Origin: Thelocarpon superellum | Lineage: Eukaryota | Reading direction: 5' to 3' | Assembly (NCBI GenBank): GCA_026025795.1 | Contig: JAPEUG010000006.1 | Span: forward strand, 1 to 64,000 | DNA length: 64,000 nt | Translations under genes and position numbers: made by a program | Shown: in pieces, positions 22,792 through 35,821 of the stretch | How positions within the stretch are numbered: the first letter of the stretch is position 1 | Layout of the letters: each line of letters starts with the position of its first letter | Notes under the pieces: model-generated | What the model saw: the letters and a program-made list of their open reading frames with translations, nothing else | What the model was told of the DNA's origin: nothing | The model's database searches: none

Positions 22792-24766
22792 ATGCCTCGG
22801 TACCTGTCCAGTGTGCTGATATTCATCTGTCTCTGCGCTGTCATCTACCGGAGTTACAGGCCAGTATCCTGCCCGTGTCTCCCATCGGTTCCACCATCCT
22901 TCAGCGACCGCGTCGGCACCGCCATCCGGGATGTGTTAGCTCAGGGTCCCTTCACAAATGGCTGGGAGACATGGTGGCATCCGCAGCGACAAGCCGCGAT
23001 CGCGAGCGGGACGTACATGAATGGATGGAACCTATTCTACCATCTCGGGGGAAATGGTCCGTGGATTCAAAGGACCGAGGAGGTGGTGGAGGGAGGAATC
23101 CAGCCTCCAGATGGCTGCGTTGTGGAGCAGGTTCATATGGTATGATACGTAGAACGTCTCGAGTGGTTATTCAAGTATGCTGATGGGGGTGTATGGCTAG
23201 ATGTCGCGACATGCCGAAAGATATCCTACAGCCAAAGCGGGTGGGCGTAAGTTATTCACGTTGTCGTGTGGCGCCTCGGCAAGTAACGGTACTGAGCATG
23301 GCTGCAGGAATGCTTGCTCTGCTCGAGCGGATCCGAACATCCAAGGTACAGCTCTCGGGAAACCTTACGTTTGTCAACGACTGGGAATACTTTACAAAGA
23401 GTGCGTCGCTGTGCTCGCATGACTATAGCCCCAAGACCTAACAATGCGCAGATCCCGAAAAGAACCTTGAGCAGCTGACGACAAGTGGACCGTATGCTGG
23501 TACGCTGGAGGCATTTACAACGGGAGTCCGGTTCCGAACCCGTTACGCTCATCTCCTGGACGAGCAGACGGGCAAGCTACAACTATGGGCCAGTGGCAGC
23601 AACCGAGTGGTGGAGACGGCTCGATACTTCATTCTGGGATTGTTTGGGTTCAAGGCGGAAGAATACGCCACGGTTCACGTCATCTCAGAGACCGCTGACC
23701 GAGGCGCCGACACCCTCACGCCGGGGGACACATGTCGCAACTATCAAGAGGACACGGAGAGAGGACACGACAAGGGGGCAACGATGCTGGCAAAATTCCG
23801 GTCTACATATCTCAAGGGGATCCGAAAACGGTTCCTCAAGCAGAATCCGGAAATAGAGTTCTCTGATGACGAGCTATACAGCATGCAAGAGACGTGTGGC
23901 TTCGAGACTTTGGTCAGGGGCAGCAGTCCATGGTGCGACATCTTCACGCACGACGACTGGGAGAATTTTGAGTATGCTCGAGACGTCATTCACTTCTATC
24001 GCGCAGGGTGAGTCCTCCTTCTCACTTTCGTAATCTCTCTGAAGATACGTGAATTGATCAGTTGAACAACAGCCACGGCAACCTCTACGGCGCAACACTG
24101 GGCTGGCTTTGGCTGAACGCAACAGCCCATCTCCTAGCTGAGGGACCATCCGCGGGACCAATGTTCTTCAGTTTGTATGATCCTCCCTTCCCTGGTTTCC
24201 TCGACATCTTCTCCCGTCCCTCCAACTTGATACACGAGGCAAGTGACTCCTCCTACGGGAGTCCAGCTGACGGAGCCAAACGCAGCGTACACGACGGCGA
24301 CATCATACCCATGATAACTGCCCTCGGCCTCTTCGCAGAGGAGGCACCACTACCGACGACGCACCGGCCAAGCCTACGCCAATGGCGCATGAGCCAGGTA
24401 GTGCCAATGGGGGGACGAGTGACATTTGAACGACTATCCTGTCCTCCCTCCCACGCCTCGTCCTCCTCGTCATCATCAATGGGGAGGAAAGGAAAGGAGA
24501 AAGCAAGACCAAACCTGAAAGTGAAGGAAAGAACCGAACCAGAGGGGAGAGAAGAGGCTGAGGAAGAGGGGGAGATCTACGTCCGACTAAACATCAACGA
24601 CGGCATAACAGCCCTCCCCACCTGCGCAACGGGACCAGGCCATTCCTGCCCGCTGGCGGACTTCATGCGTCTGGTCGCGAGGCGAGGTGAGGTCGCGGGT
24701 GACTTCAGGGATGTGTGTGGTTTGTCTCCTGGTGCCTCTCAGCGCATTACTTTTTTGCATCAGTGA
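22792..24766 (+). CDS. Histidine acid phosphatase / 3-phytase family; multi-exon
   Basis: N-terminal hydrophobic anchor, HLGGNGPW, catalytic RHAERYP (RHGxRxP-type), VHDGD, C-terminal GPGHSCPL. Confidence 0.9.
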
Positions 24767-25214
24767 TGCCATGTCACTTGTCTCTGGTGTTTGTTGGGCA
24801 TGGTGGATGGCGTTCGTGCACCATACTTATATCCTTGACTCATCCCGTGTCAATGTATCTCAAATGCGGTGGAGATGGTTGATAGGTAGTAGGATGGATG
24901 AATGAATGGATGGATTTTCATCAGTAGATACACTACTCCCCCTCCGCGATCCTATCCTATCCTATCCTATCCTATTGAGAATGAAAACTATCTCCCAGCA
25001 AAGGTACCTCTCACGGCCGCCGGGGCACTTCCTTTATGCTGTCTCGTAATAGAAAAGACGCTAGTCTCATGTCCATCTCCAATTCGCCCCTGCACATGTC
25101 CCCTCTTGGTGAAGGTTAAGGAGACTGTGGATAGATGGGCGACCAGAAGGCACAGAAAAGAAAGTATGAGCAGAAGGAGATTCGCGATCCCGGAAAAATG
25201 CGCGCAAAGAGATT

Positions 25215-25234
25215 GAGAGAGAGAGAGAGAGAGA
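25215..25234. repeat. (GA)n microsatellite
   Basis: About 10 GA units. Confidence 0.9.
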
Positions 25235-25555
25235 GCCGCCAACACCAATGATTCGCTCAGCCCCTTCTCCGTCCCGTTCCGTCCCGTCCCCGCCGCAGTG
25301 TGCCTGCGTCTCCTCCTGTATCGACCGTTACCGTGACCATTGCCGTTAACCCGACCTTGACCATGTTGACAATAATGATGACTAGGATCAAACTTGAAGA
25401 AAATGATAATGTGCGTCGATTTGAAGACTTCGCCCCCAAAGACTGAACCCGCAGATTTTTTCCGATCGGTCGACTTGTCGTGTTCTCGTAGTCCCATGAA
25501 GTGCGATGGACAGTGAAACTCGCGCGGTTCTCTGATGGTTCTAGAGAGATGATGC

Positions 25556-26590
25556 TCATGGTGAGGTCGAATGGCATCCTCTTTCATGTCGCTTCATGTT
25601 ACTCCGGACGCTGAATGCTTTCCCACATCCTTGATGAGGGCATCGGAAGGGCTTCTCGCCCGTGTGACTGTGACTGTGGATGCGAAGACTGCTCGGTCGC
25701 GAGAAGGCCTTGTTGCACGTGGGACAGATGTAGCGGTCCTGGCACGGAGGGAAACTAGCCTGGGCCGATGGCGAGATGTAGTGGTGGTGTTGCCATGGAT
25801 TCGCACTCGACGTCGGCGACACCTGTAGCGATGCCGTCGACGGAGGAAACATCTGAGGCAGCGGTCGTTGATAGCTGTCATCGGAGCAGGTGCTAAGTGC
25901 CGTGTGGGCAGGATACGACCCCGTCGAGTGAGGGCTCGGGCTCGACTCCTGGGATAGACTCGGCGCCGGTACCAACCCCCTCTTCACTCCCGCCGAGCCG
26001 GACGGTTGCCGTTGCGGCGTCAAATCCAAGTGGTGGATGACATCTCCGCCGTGGTGCATTGGTACCGGGTGCGATGGGTACTGCACTTTGGTAGGCGGAG
26101 AGTGACGGGCTTCGAATCCCGAGTCAGGTCTCAGAGGGGGCGTAGGCGGGAGCATCCCTCGAGTCTGACTTCGCTCTTCTGTCTGCCCGAGCGCCGGACG
26201 GGAATTCGACGCCGCCAGCGCATGGAGGCCCTCGGCTTGTTGGTGTCCTACAAGACCACTCGCGTCAGCATTCGTCAATTGAATGGCCGGCTCGTAGGAC
26301 CTACCATGTTCTGGTCGAGGGTGGGAGACCCCATCGGCCGAATTGAAGAGACTCGAGATGGAGGGTAAGGAGCATTTTGCCTCTTCGACCGGAGGTGACG
26401 GGGGAGGCTGCGGGGTCTTGGAATGGTGGTAGGATCCCGGGATCTGGGCGTAGGGGTTTGCTACCAGTGCCGGCCCCGTGGCCGCGAATCGTTCTTGCGT
26501 TTGGGCGTAGGCCATCTCAACCGAGTGAGACGACGGATATGCGCGTTCGTGAGAGTGTCCGATACCGTGAACCAGATTGCTGACGTTCAT
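25556..26590 (-). CDS. mtfA: C2H2 zinc-finger transcription factor, MtfA ortholog
   Basis: CSLPSIS, LPPTPPLRP.SGF, WQHHHY and two C-terminal fingers (KAFSRPSSLRIHSHSHTGEKPF...SVRSNMKRHERGCH), as remembered for Aspergillus MtfA. Probable intron 26304-26248. Confidence 0.85.
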   Translation of the reverse strand: MNVSNLVHGIGHSHERAYPSSHSVEMAYAQTQERFAATGPALVANPYAQIPGSYHHSKTPQPPPSPPVEEAKCSLPSISSLFNSADGVSHPRPEHGRSYEPAIQLTNADASGLVGHQQAEGLHALAASNSRPALGQTEERSQTRGMLPPTPPLRPDSGFEARHSPPTKVQYPSHPVPMHHGGDVIHHLDLTPQRQPSGSAGVKRGLVPAPSLSQESSPSPHSTGSYPAHTALSTCSDDSYQRPLPQMFPPSTASLQVSPTSSANPWQHHHYISPSAQASFPPCQDRYICPTCNKAFSRPSSLRIHSHSHTGEKPFRCPHQGCGKAFSVRSNMKRHERGCHSTSP

Positions 26591-28649
26591 GGCTGCTCCA
26601 AGGTCTCAAGAAGGCCGACGTCGCAGTGTTTTCAAACTGGGAATGGGAAGCCAGGGAGATCGGTCGGCGGGATCGGTCAACGCCACTCTCAATGCTGTCG
26701 TCAGGAGATCGAAAAGAGGTCGTGAGCTTTCTCAATTGTTCTGAGGCGTTGTATATCAAGATGGTTGTTTGCGTGGTGACGGCCCACAATCGTCGAAAGA
26801 TGGACAAATGTAACAAGGACTCACAAGGACTCTGGAACGTTGGGGTTGGGGATTCAACGATCAGCGTCTCAATGGCGAGGGATAATCAGCAAACACAAAG
26901 GCTTTTGACACAGATTTTCGACACGGCTTTGACGCGCGTAGGTCTGGTAGCTTGGGGCGGGGCCGAAGAGTCTCGGCCGTGGACGAAGAATACTCGTCGG
27001 AAGAGGGGGCGAGACGGCAGCCAACTTGTTTCGGGGATCGACAGGATGAGCGGCGGGGAAGTCCTGGACCACTTTCTCCGCAGCTGGGATGGACAGATCA
27101 AGTAGGTTTGACGCTGTCCTCTGGGTAGGTCGTGGTGGAAGGTAGATAGGAGGAAAGAAGAAGAGGAAGGCACAGCTGCCTGCTGCGGAGACGCTGGGCT
27201 CGGTGGACTTGTGTGGCCCGCTCGATGATGAAAGGTGCCGCAGGCGACCACGAAAAGGAAGTATGTAAGAAGTGGAAGACACAACAGCGCGGACGGAAGC
27301 TCAGGGAATCATGGGTGACGGGCCGTGTTCATCGGCCCTGGTCCAAACTTGATACGGACTATCTTCTGCACGCGGGACTCCAAGGGAGCCACTGATCCAA
27401 TGATCCACTGATCCGCGGCATGTCACGTCGGGGGAAGACGGGTGTGGGGGGAGAGGAAGGGTACTTGGTAGGTGCGCCGCTCGGGAAGAAGGGAATAGAG
27501 TGCAGTGGGGTGACGGATGCGTGAGGATGGATAGTGCGAAGGCGAGGGCGACGGACGAGGTGCAGGCTGGCTAAACCCGTTGCCGGGACATGGGCACACA
27601 CGTCTTGGACCCTTCCGACGCGGCGTCTCCGTCAATCATCACGCACGTCCGGCGGAGGGAGGGGAGGTGCTAGCTAGACCTGGGAGCACGCGAACCGCAG
27701 GGCGCGAAGCGCCGTTGCATCGGTTCCCTTCCCCCCGGGGCACCCTAGAGCCCTAGGGCCCTAGGAACCCCAACACTGACTGGTGGGACATCTGCCGCGT
27801 GGATCATGTCATGAAATGGGAGCTGGGCTAGCGGTGGGACACGCCAACGGAGCATAGTGTGGTCTGGGCGCTGGTCGGCCCAAGCCGTGAAAGGGTTCGA
27901 TAGGTGATAGGCGACAGGGTGACGATCGGCTGGAGAAGGACAGGGCCGAAGTCGCATGGGGGTGGGTCGGGCGGAGGAGGAACGGGGGCAAAGGCAAGGG
28001 TGATGGTGGCGGTGGTGGTGGTGGTGGTGGGTGGTCACCGCAGGAGCGGAGATCCCTGGTCGGGCGTGTTGCAGCCGGGCCGAGCTAGAACGCCCGGCCA
28101 CCGGGGGGTGGGTAGTCGAAGGACGGGGGAGGAGGGCGGGGGGGCAGGCAACAAGAGGAGGTGGAGTGGCATGTCGGAACGGTGCGCACAGTGACGAGCA
28201 ACACGCATCGGTCGGTGGAGGGTGCCGCACGCATGGCCGTCAGTGGGCGTGGGCGCTCGCAATGACAGCCGGGGACCGGGGGGGTGGGGGGTGCGCCGGT
28301 CCAGTGTATTGGGTTGCCGGCTGGGAGATCCGCAAGTAGCCCCGAACCTTACGTGACGAACCTTGCTCTCGGATCGTGGAAAGGCAAAGGCGAGGGCCCA
28401 TGAGCGGGCGAATGACGAGCGAGGCGTGACGGGCGAGGAGGGGGGGTAGAGGGGCGGATGAGCCGGGCGGCGTCACGCACCGACGAGGCAGAATAGAGAA
28501 TCGGGTCATCGTGGCTGGCGGTCGCCGTGAGGGTGGAACGATGGCGTTGGTGGCGAGGGGCAACAATTCGCAGCACGGGACCGGCAGGGTCGCGGCCACG
28601 GTGGTCCCACCGGAAGGACCTGCCTCGTGCGCCAACACTGGGGACTTGG

Positions 28650-28677
28650 AGCAGCAGCAGCAGCAGCAGCAGCAGCG
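28650..28677. repeat. (CAG)n microsatellite
   Basis: About 9 AGC units. Confidence 0.9.
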
Positions 28678-29430
28678 TCTGCGATTACGATCGGTTTGTC
28701 GAATGACGCCACGCCGCTGACTACAAGGTACAGGGCAGGAGCTTCGACCAGTCGCAGCGTCGCCCGACCCATGGAGCTGCATCGTGGCCAGGCGGACGGC
28801 GGCACCACGCCGCGCTAGCTCTCTCCCCTCTCCTCCGGGGCCCGGGAAAATCACCGACGTGCCCTAGTAGTGACGATCGTCGTGCGCCTTGGTGCTGCGA
28901 CGCGAAACCAAAGACAAGGCTACGGAAGCTCGCTTCCACGGATCTTGAGGCTGGGACTCTGTCCGTGCTGGGACCGACCCAAGCGCTTGTACCCACACGG
29001 ACAGATGATCCCCATAATGGCTTAAATGAAGGACTAACGCGGGGTGCACGTCCATAGACGCCATCTTGGTGCCTCGGTTGGAGTAGGGCCGGCTTTGGAT
29101 TGTCCGTTGCGCGTCGCTGGAGATTCAGGTCCAGGTGGGCGTGGCCCATGGTCCAGTGAGACGGGTCCTGGTGTGAGATAGACCATGATGAAGAGGCATC
29201 GCGCAAAGACGGAGCGTCTAGGCCGGCCCTTTTGGCAATGAACGATGCGGGTCGTGCATGAGCGGGGGCGCAACGATATGAGTGGACCGTGGATGTGGGA
29301 ATGTAGCCGGCATCGAGCATAGCACCGCGAAGCACCCGTGGGGCGATTGGAGGGCCAGGGAGGGGGCCAGCGGCGCTGCGGTGCCGGTGCCGCGGCCGCG
29401 GCTGCAGGTGAAGCACCGCCAGAGGAGCGG

Positions 29431-29492
29431 CGAGAGTCGAGCACGAAAGTCCAGCGCGAGAGTCCAGCGCGAGAGTCCACGCGAGAGTCCAG
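29431..29492. repeat. 13-bp minisatellite (CGAGAGTCCAGCG, ~5 degenerate units)
   Basis: Direct reading of the sequence. Confidence 0.8.
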
Positions 29493-31930
29493 TAGCGACG
29501 GCAAGCGACCGGCTTTTTCAGCTACTACGTTGATCCTACACCAGGCGACGAGTCGCCGCGTCCTCGCTCACCTCGACCAACACCCTCAAGATCCTCGGCG
29601 GCGCCGGCATTTCGAGACTCGCGTCATGGCGTGCCGCGGCCGCCATTGGTGAATAAACCCGTGTCGGCACCTAGTTGAGACTGCTCCGTAGCGGCGACGA
29701 TCAGGAGATCTTCCGGCTGAAGGAGGACGGACGCCCGCAGCCGCGCACGTACTCACTCCTACACCAGCGGCGGTCGCTAAGACCACTCCCCTCCCCAGGG
29801 TCCGCCGACCCTGGCTCTTAATGCTAAACAATGTTTGCTTGCTTGCTACCCATCATACCACGAGTACCGAGACGTTGTCTCCGCTCCTGACTGTTCGTAC
29901 TTAGCTTGGTACAAGTAGCAGGCCTCATAGCATAGACCAAGCCTTCCGGTTTGCCTTAATTCGTCGAGAGGCATCGGCCGCGGCCCGGGTGGGGCAGGAG
30001 AGATGAGCCGACGGACTGCCAAGCGTTCGAGGTTCAACGAGTTGCAGGTTTATCATGTACACGCCGACACCCAACACATCCAGTGTGGAGATACAGGTAC
30101 ATGTGCCATACGCGGAATTGCACCTACGCACATGCTCGATTCGATGTTTGATCAAACTCTGAGGCTTCGGATCGACCTCGCCAGATCCGATGCAGTCCCT
30201 GAAATCTGCTTGGCCGTGCACGCGGGTCTCACGGGCTGGCGGGGCCAGGCGAGGGAGGTCATGATTGGCGCAGCGGGCAAACATCCAAGGAGAGCAGTGT
30301 CAGAATGTCGGCTACGAAGACGATCGTCGCCCGTCGCCGCCGTCCTTGGCACACGCTCGGCCGGCCGTGGCGGCGGCAACGCCACGGGTCCCTAGCCTGA
30401 CGCCGGATCCACTCGGGTGCAAGCACCAGCCATCCGCGTTGGCTGTCGTCGCGTGTGGTCCACGAGCCGGCCGGGGCGAGGGCCACACGATCGGGGCAGA
30501 ATGCGCGGGGCCATGGCGGCAGATCCTCGTGAAGATCACACCCGGACGAATGCGAGGAGGCGCTTATCGTGGAGGGGAAAATCTCGTCCAGACAGCAATG
30601 CTTGGCATTGCGTGCACCGCGTGCACCAGACGAAGACCAGCACTGCTCATGTCCGCCCCAACGGCTCGGACGTGGCCTGGGGGTGCAAAAATCGCTGCAT
30701 GGAACGGCAGCTCCACCCTGGCCCCGCCGGCCTCTCGTCCAACGCCCATGACTAGTTTTAGCGGTGTTGGTGGCGGTCGTTAATCGTGCCAAGATTCCAG
30801 GGATCTGGGGTATAAGAATAAGCTTGAAGCTCGGCCGTGCTGAGTGGTGGCGCGGAACCTCTTGAGGCCGCCGATCGCGCCTGGCCACTTATTACGGGGA
30901 TAGCACTCTGTGCTCCCGTACTCGCGTACTCGCGAACCCCGGCCCCCGTTTCCCCTCCTCGGCCGAAACAAGCGTCATGGCCAGAATGGAGGAAGTCTCG
31001 GCGACGGACGTGAGACTATCCTGAAAATGTTACCCGCCCCCCGGCGCCGACATGATCGACCAGCTGTCGAATGTCTCGTCATTTCGCCTCCCGAAGGCGA
31101 CGCGGCAGATCCTCGACCGAGACGATGACGAGGCCGACATGGACGACGGCGCGCGAAGCCTTGACGTCTATCGCGAGGACTCGCCATACGCGAGGCACAA
31201 GGGTGCATGACGAAGTAATCGTAACCTCTTCGTACCGCACCCGACTCACGCCCTCTTCCCTGCCTATCGTCGTTTGGTGAGTTATCACAGTCATGATCTT
31301 TCAAGACTTCGGCTGCAGGTAAAGGTTTCAAGGTGCTAAGCAGCACATCGCAGTGCCTGAGTACATCATGTACATGGTCGTCTTTTCTCCGACACTATGA
31401 GCGACTCCACTCCGACCCTGCAGCGTGGGGCAAGGCGGGAGCGGTCACTGTCGCTGGCGGGAGCCATGTCTGTCGTGAGCCCCACTCATGTCCGACAGAT
31501 TCTTCCCACCCCCCAAGGCGTTTCGCCTGTGCATGGGGCGTAGTGCGTGGTGCGGGCGGCTGGATTCGACAGGGCTCCCGCGCCCGGGACGGTCGCGACA
31601 CCAAGCCGGTCGACGAAAACCGTGCTGGGCCCACGACAGGTGGTACAGCGTATTGAATCCCACGACGACGAGAACCGCGCGGGATGTCGTGTCAGGGAGC
31701 CGTCGGTAGCGGCCGGTGCGCGAGGGCGCTTTCTCTTCCCGTTTCACCCGCGCCAGCGAAAAAGGGCTGCTCTCGATATCTTGCCAGCTGCAAGACGGGT
31801 ACGCGTGCGCCTTGTTTCGGTCACCCGTATGCTCTGATATGACTCAGGATCGCGGCATTGGGAGCGATGTTCGATTTGGTTTCATAGACCGCTCTCCTGT
31901 AGAAAAATTGTCTATCCTGAGGGTCCCCGC

Positions 31931-33386
31931 CTAATTGGAGGCTTTGACGTCTCCACCGTACTCGACCCTCCTGAGCATGCTGCGGTTGCAGTCTGCAATC
32001 GTTCGGATTCCCGATAGGCCCATGCTCTGGTCCAGATCCGCCAGCAAACCCTTCAATGCGTCCCGGGCCCCCACCTTGCCTCCGATCGCGAGGCCATACA
32101 CCCATGGTCGACCGATGAGCACCCCGCGCGCACCGAGACATAGTGCCTTGATAATATCGACGCCCGTGCGGACGCCCGAGTCAAACAACACTGTCAGCTT
32201 GTCTCCGACCGCATCGACAATCTCCGGCAGCACCTCGAGGGAGCCAATGGCGCCGTCAAGCTGACGTCCTGGCTCGGCATGTCAGCCTCTTTCCCCCCGA
32301 GGCGGTGGGGTCCACGGATTCACGAGATGGGGGGATGGCTTACCGCCGTGATTGCTCACGATGATGCCCTGGACGCCGTATTCCACCGCCATTCGTGCGT
32401 CTTGCACATGCTGGATGCCCTTTAGCACCACTGGGCCATCCCAGTGATCACGGAGGAACTGGATCTGGTCCCAGGTATGTGCTCGCCCGCTGAAGACGTC
32501 GTTGATCCACTCGCGCGATGCGGTCATGACATCTTCCTCGACTGTTTTGTTGTACTTCTTATCGAACTTGGCGCGAAAGACGGGGTCGGAGAAGCCGGTG
32601 TCGTTGCCCACGCCTCCCATGAACGGGACGTAGGCGTTGTCCAAATCCGCCGGCCGCCAGGACAAGGCCCAGGTGTCGAGAGTCACAATCAAAACCTTGA
32701 AGCCACTGGCTTTGGCACGCTTCAACAGCTACAATAGAGCGAGCTGACGTTAGCCCGCCAGATGCAGCATTTCCATCCCCGGGACGACGCACCGAGAGCG
32801 TGATCTCATCGTCGTGGGGCCAATAGAGCTGGAACCAACGGGGTCCATCACCGCTACTCTTGGCCACGTCCTCGATCGTACTGCTGCTGGCGGTGCTCAG
32901 AATGTACGGGACTCCCAAGCCGGCCGCCACCTCGGCCACGCCAACCTCCTTGTCAGGATGGAAGATGGCCTGGACGCCTACGGGGGCGACCAAGATGGGG
33001 CTGTCGTACGTCTCGCCGAAGAGCTCTACGGACAGGTCTCGATGGGTGGTATCTCGGAGCATGCGCGGGATCATCTATATCCTTTAGACTTGACACGCTT
33101 GTGGACATGCGCGTATACGCCAGGGAGGGATACGAGCCTTCCACTGCCGGAATGCGAGGCGGTTAGCGTCCATCGTGGCCCGCTCTCCGGCGCCGCCGGA
33201 CACATAGCTGAGCGCGCGCGTGCCCAGGTGCTTGGCCGCCTGGGCTTCTAGAAGACGCGAATCCGTCGTAATTGTCGGTAGATGGTGATGGAGGAGGCCC
33301 GTGGCATAGATGTCGAGCTGGTGGGCACCATAGTTGCGTCCTTCTGGATGCTCCAGCACTCCTCCAGCAGCTACATCTTGCGGCAT
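31931..33386 (-). CDS. FMN-dependent alpha-hydroxy acid dehydrogenase (lactate 2-monooxygenase-like); multi-exon
   Basis: YVSGGAG, APVGVQ, WFQLYW, VTLDT, LKGI, SNHGG|RQLDG, DSGVRTG, IGRP. Confidence 0.93.
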
Positions 33387-34664
33387 ATTGTATTTGAGAT
33401 GAGAACAATCAATAGCCCAGAAGAGTTCGGCAGGCTGCAACAAGATCCTGAAATGGCGTTGGATCGGGGCCAATCCAGCGGGCAGAAGTCGCGGGCCTGC
33501 CGTGGCGGGGTCTTCCCGGTTGCCAAGATCGGCTGCGTCATTGCGACGCAGCCAGGCGCCTTCAAGTTTGGCTCCCACACCCACTGGACCAGCCCGCCAG
33601 TAATTACCACACTGCAACTACTGCAACTGCTGCAGAGAGTACACCCTGCCGCACCGCTCGGGCTACCTGCCAACACGATCGACCGAAGAAGTCCGGTCAA
33701 TGATATCCAACGACACAACTGCCGGTAGAATCATCGTCAGGGCGGTGGGCAGGGGCCGCCGACAGCCAATCGACCCCGCGGTGCGGTCGGTACACGTAGT
33801 TGCCCCCGGACGCCAGAGGCTGGCGATGCGAGGTGCGACCTGGCAGTTGGCTGGCGGGCTCAGCGCCGTACCAAATGGCAGTCCATGCATTGGTGATCAT
33901 TTTTAGCGTGCATGCACCCCAGAAATCGGGCATGTAGCCGGAGTCGATGGGCATTTTTCAACGTGAGGCGGCCAGCGACGATTGGAGATTGGAGATGGAA
34001 CGTGCAAGGTGGCACCTGCGGGGGTGCCCAAACCCATGGAACGGCTCTGCGTGCCATGGCGCAAAAGTGCATGCCGTCCATTCAGTACGTCCGGCCCCGT
34101 CAGCGCTCGGCATCATCTGGGCAGGCTTTCTGGCCACGCCAGGTAGGGTGTCGCCGCGGCCGTCGGTCGGCAGGGCCAAAGCGGCGCCAGAGCGGTGCCA
34201 GATCGGTGGGAGGCCGGCGGGCAAGCTACTGGACCTGGACAAGTAGGAGTACCTCCCGTAACGCCGACCGAGTAGTTGAGGTCGGCGTCCCCCTACGATG
34301 TCGGGACGGGCGCGACGCGAGATTTTGCGCGGCGAAAAGGACGCATCGTCACCCGGACTGTTGTAACGAGGAAGCGCTGCTCGGGACCCCTGAGATCTCG
34401 CCGGCGTCACCGGACATCACTTCTTCAATTCCATTGCCCCATCGTTCCGCACACTCCGCATCGAGCGTTGCGAGCGTTGCGACGCCTCCAGGGATCGCTG
34501 GACCCCCTCCCCCTCGGCCGGATCCATGCAGATGTCAGGTCCTGGTCGCGCAACGTGAAACATGCGTGCCCTCGCCGAGGGTGCGCATCGATCACCATCT
34601 GTAGCCTCCGCCCATCGCATCTCCACCTCTACCTCCGCCTTGGCGCCTCCACCGTGCCGGCGAC

Positions 34665-35161
34665 ATGGCCAGCCCGGCCAATTCCATCCCCGACACCTCG
34701 CTGGGCCTCTCGCGCGACGAGGTCATCCTCTTGCGGCAACATCAGCAGGTCGCCCTCTCGCAGGCTGGAGCATCGCGCGCCGGCAGCAACGCCTCTAGTC
34801 AGGGCTTGCTGCTCCTCGACTCCGGCAGTCTCCAGGCCCTGGGATACCATTTTGACCGGCTCATGCACGCCATTCAGCATCGGATGCAAAGCGTTCGCAC
34901 TCCCTGGCTCGCTGTCTTGCCCGGACCCATGCTGATCTAGTCCGTTCCCGGCAGCTGAGCCATCAGACGCAGGTCTCGACGCGCGCTCACTCATCTCACG
35001 CCGCAGACGCCATGGCAATGGCCGACGCCGAGATCGCCCGCTTCCACGACATCCTCCGCCAGATTGACGATCTCGAGCGCGAATTCGACAAGGTCCGACA
35101 TATCCGCGACATCGTTAAGGGCTTCCGGGGACGAGTGTCGGCCCTTGAACGACGATATTGA
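34665..35161 (+). CDS. Small coiled-coil protein, probable BLOC-1 subunit Cnl1-like
   Basis: Exons 34665-34892 and 34955-35161 splice in frame to 144 aa (SSQGLLLLD...HFDRLM...ADAEIARFHDILRQIDDLE.EFDKVRHIRDIVK). Family name is from memory. Confidence 0.65.
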
Positions 35162-35821
35162 TACCCGTCACCATCATCACCTATCGCCATCACCATCGCC
35201 CCACACGGGGTCAGGAGCATCAGAAGAGAAATGCGCATACTATAGAAATACCATTGGATCGTCCTCGCGGACGCTTGTGGCCCACTTTACGGGTACTGGA
35301 GCAATAGATGGGGGAAATTGAGCCTCGCGGCAACCTCTAGGCCTGCGGCTGTGTGTGCGTGTCGTGTGTGAGCGTCTTGCGATACCCTCTGCACCACTCC
35401 ACATTGTTGTTTTGGAGGGTGAGAAAAGTGCTGTTGAAAATTGCTGCGTTGGCTCGGTCTTGTGTTTTCATTCTCTTCTCGCCATATCGTCATTTCCCAA
35501 TCCTCTTGGTGCGCCACACCTCTCGCGCGCGCGCGCTCTCTCTCGCCGTTTTCTTTCAATGGCCTCCTTGGGCTGCTGTAAATGATTGATTTGATCTGTG
35601 TAAATCCGCAATGGTAGCTAATGTCCTCAGTTGAGCTATTCGATGATATCGTGTTGAGAGCAAGCAAGCAAAGTACAGGCACCTGCGCACGCATGTGTGG
35701 TCTGGATGCCTGGAGCAGGAGCAAAAGGTCGAAGAAAAAAAAGAGAAAAAGCCCATAAACTCAAGCATGAACTCAGAGACCGCCAACTCGCCTTCACCCA
35801 CCTTTCGCGGTCGAGCCCGCG

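Noticed and set aside
28240..29416. 204-aa and 231-aa minus ORFs, one with poly-Cys
   Set aside because: The poly-Cys is the CAG microsatellite read in reverse; no domain or coding signal.
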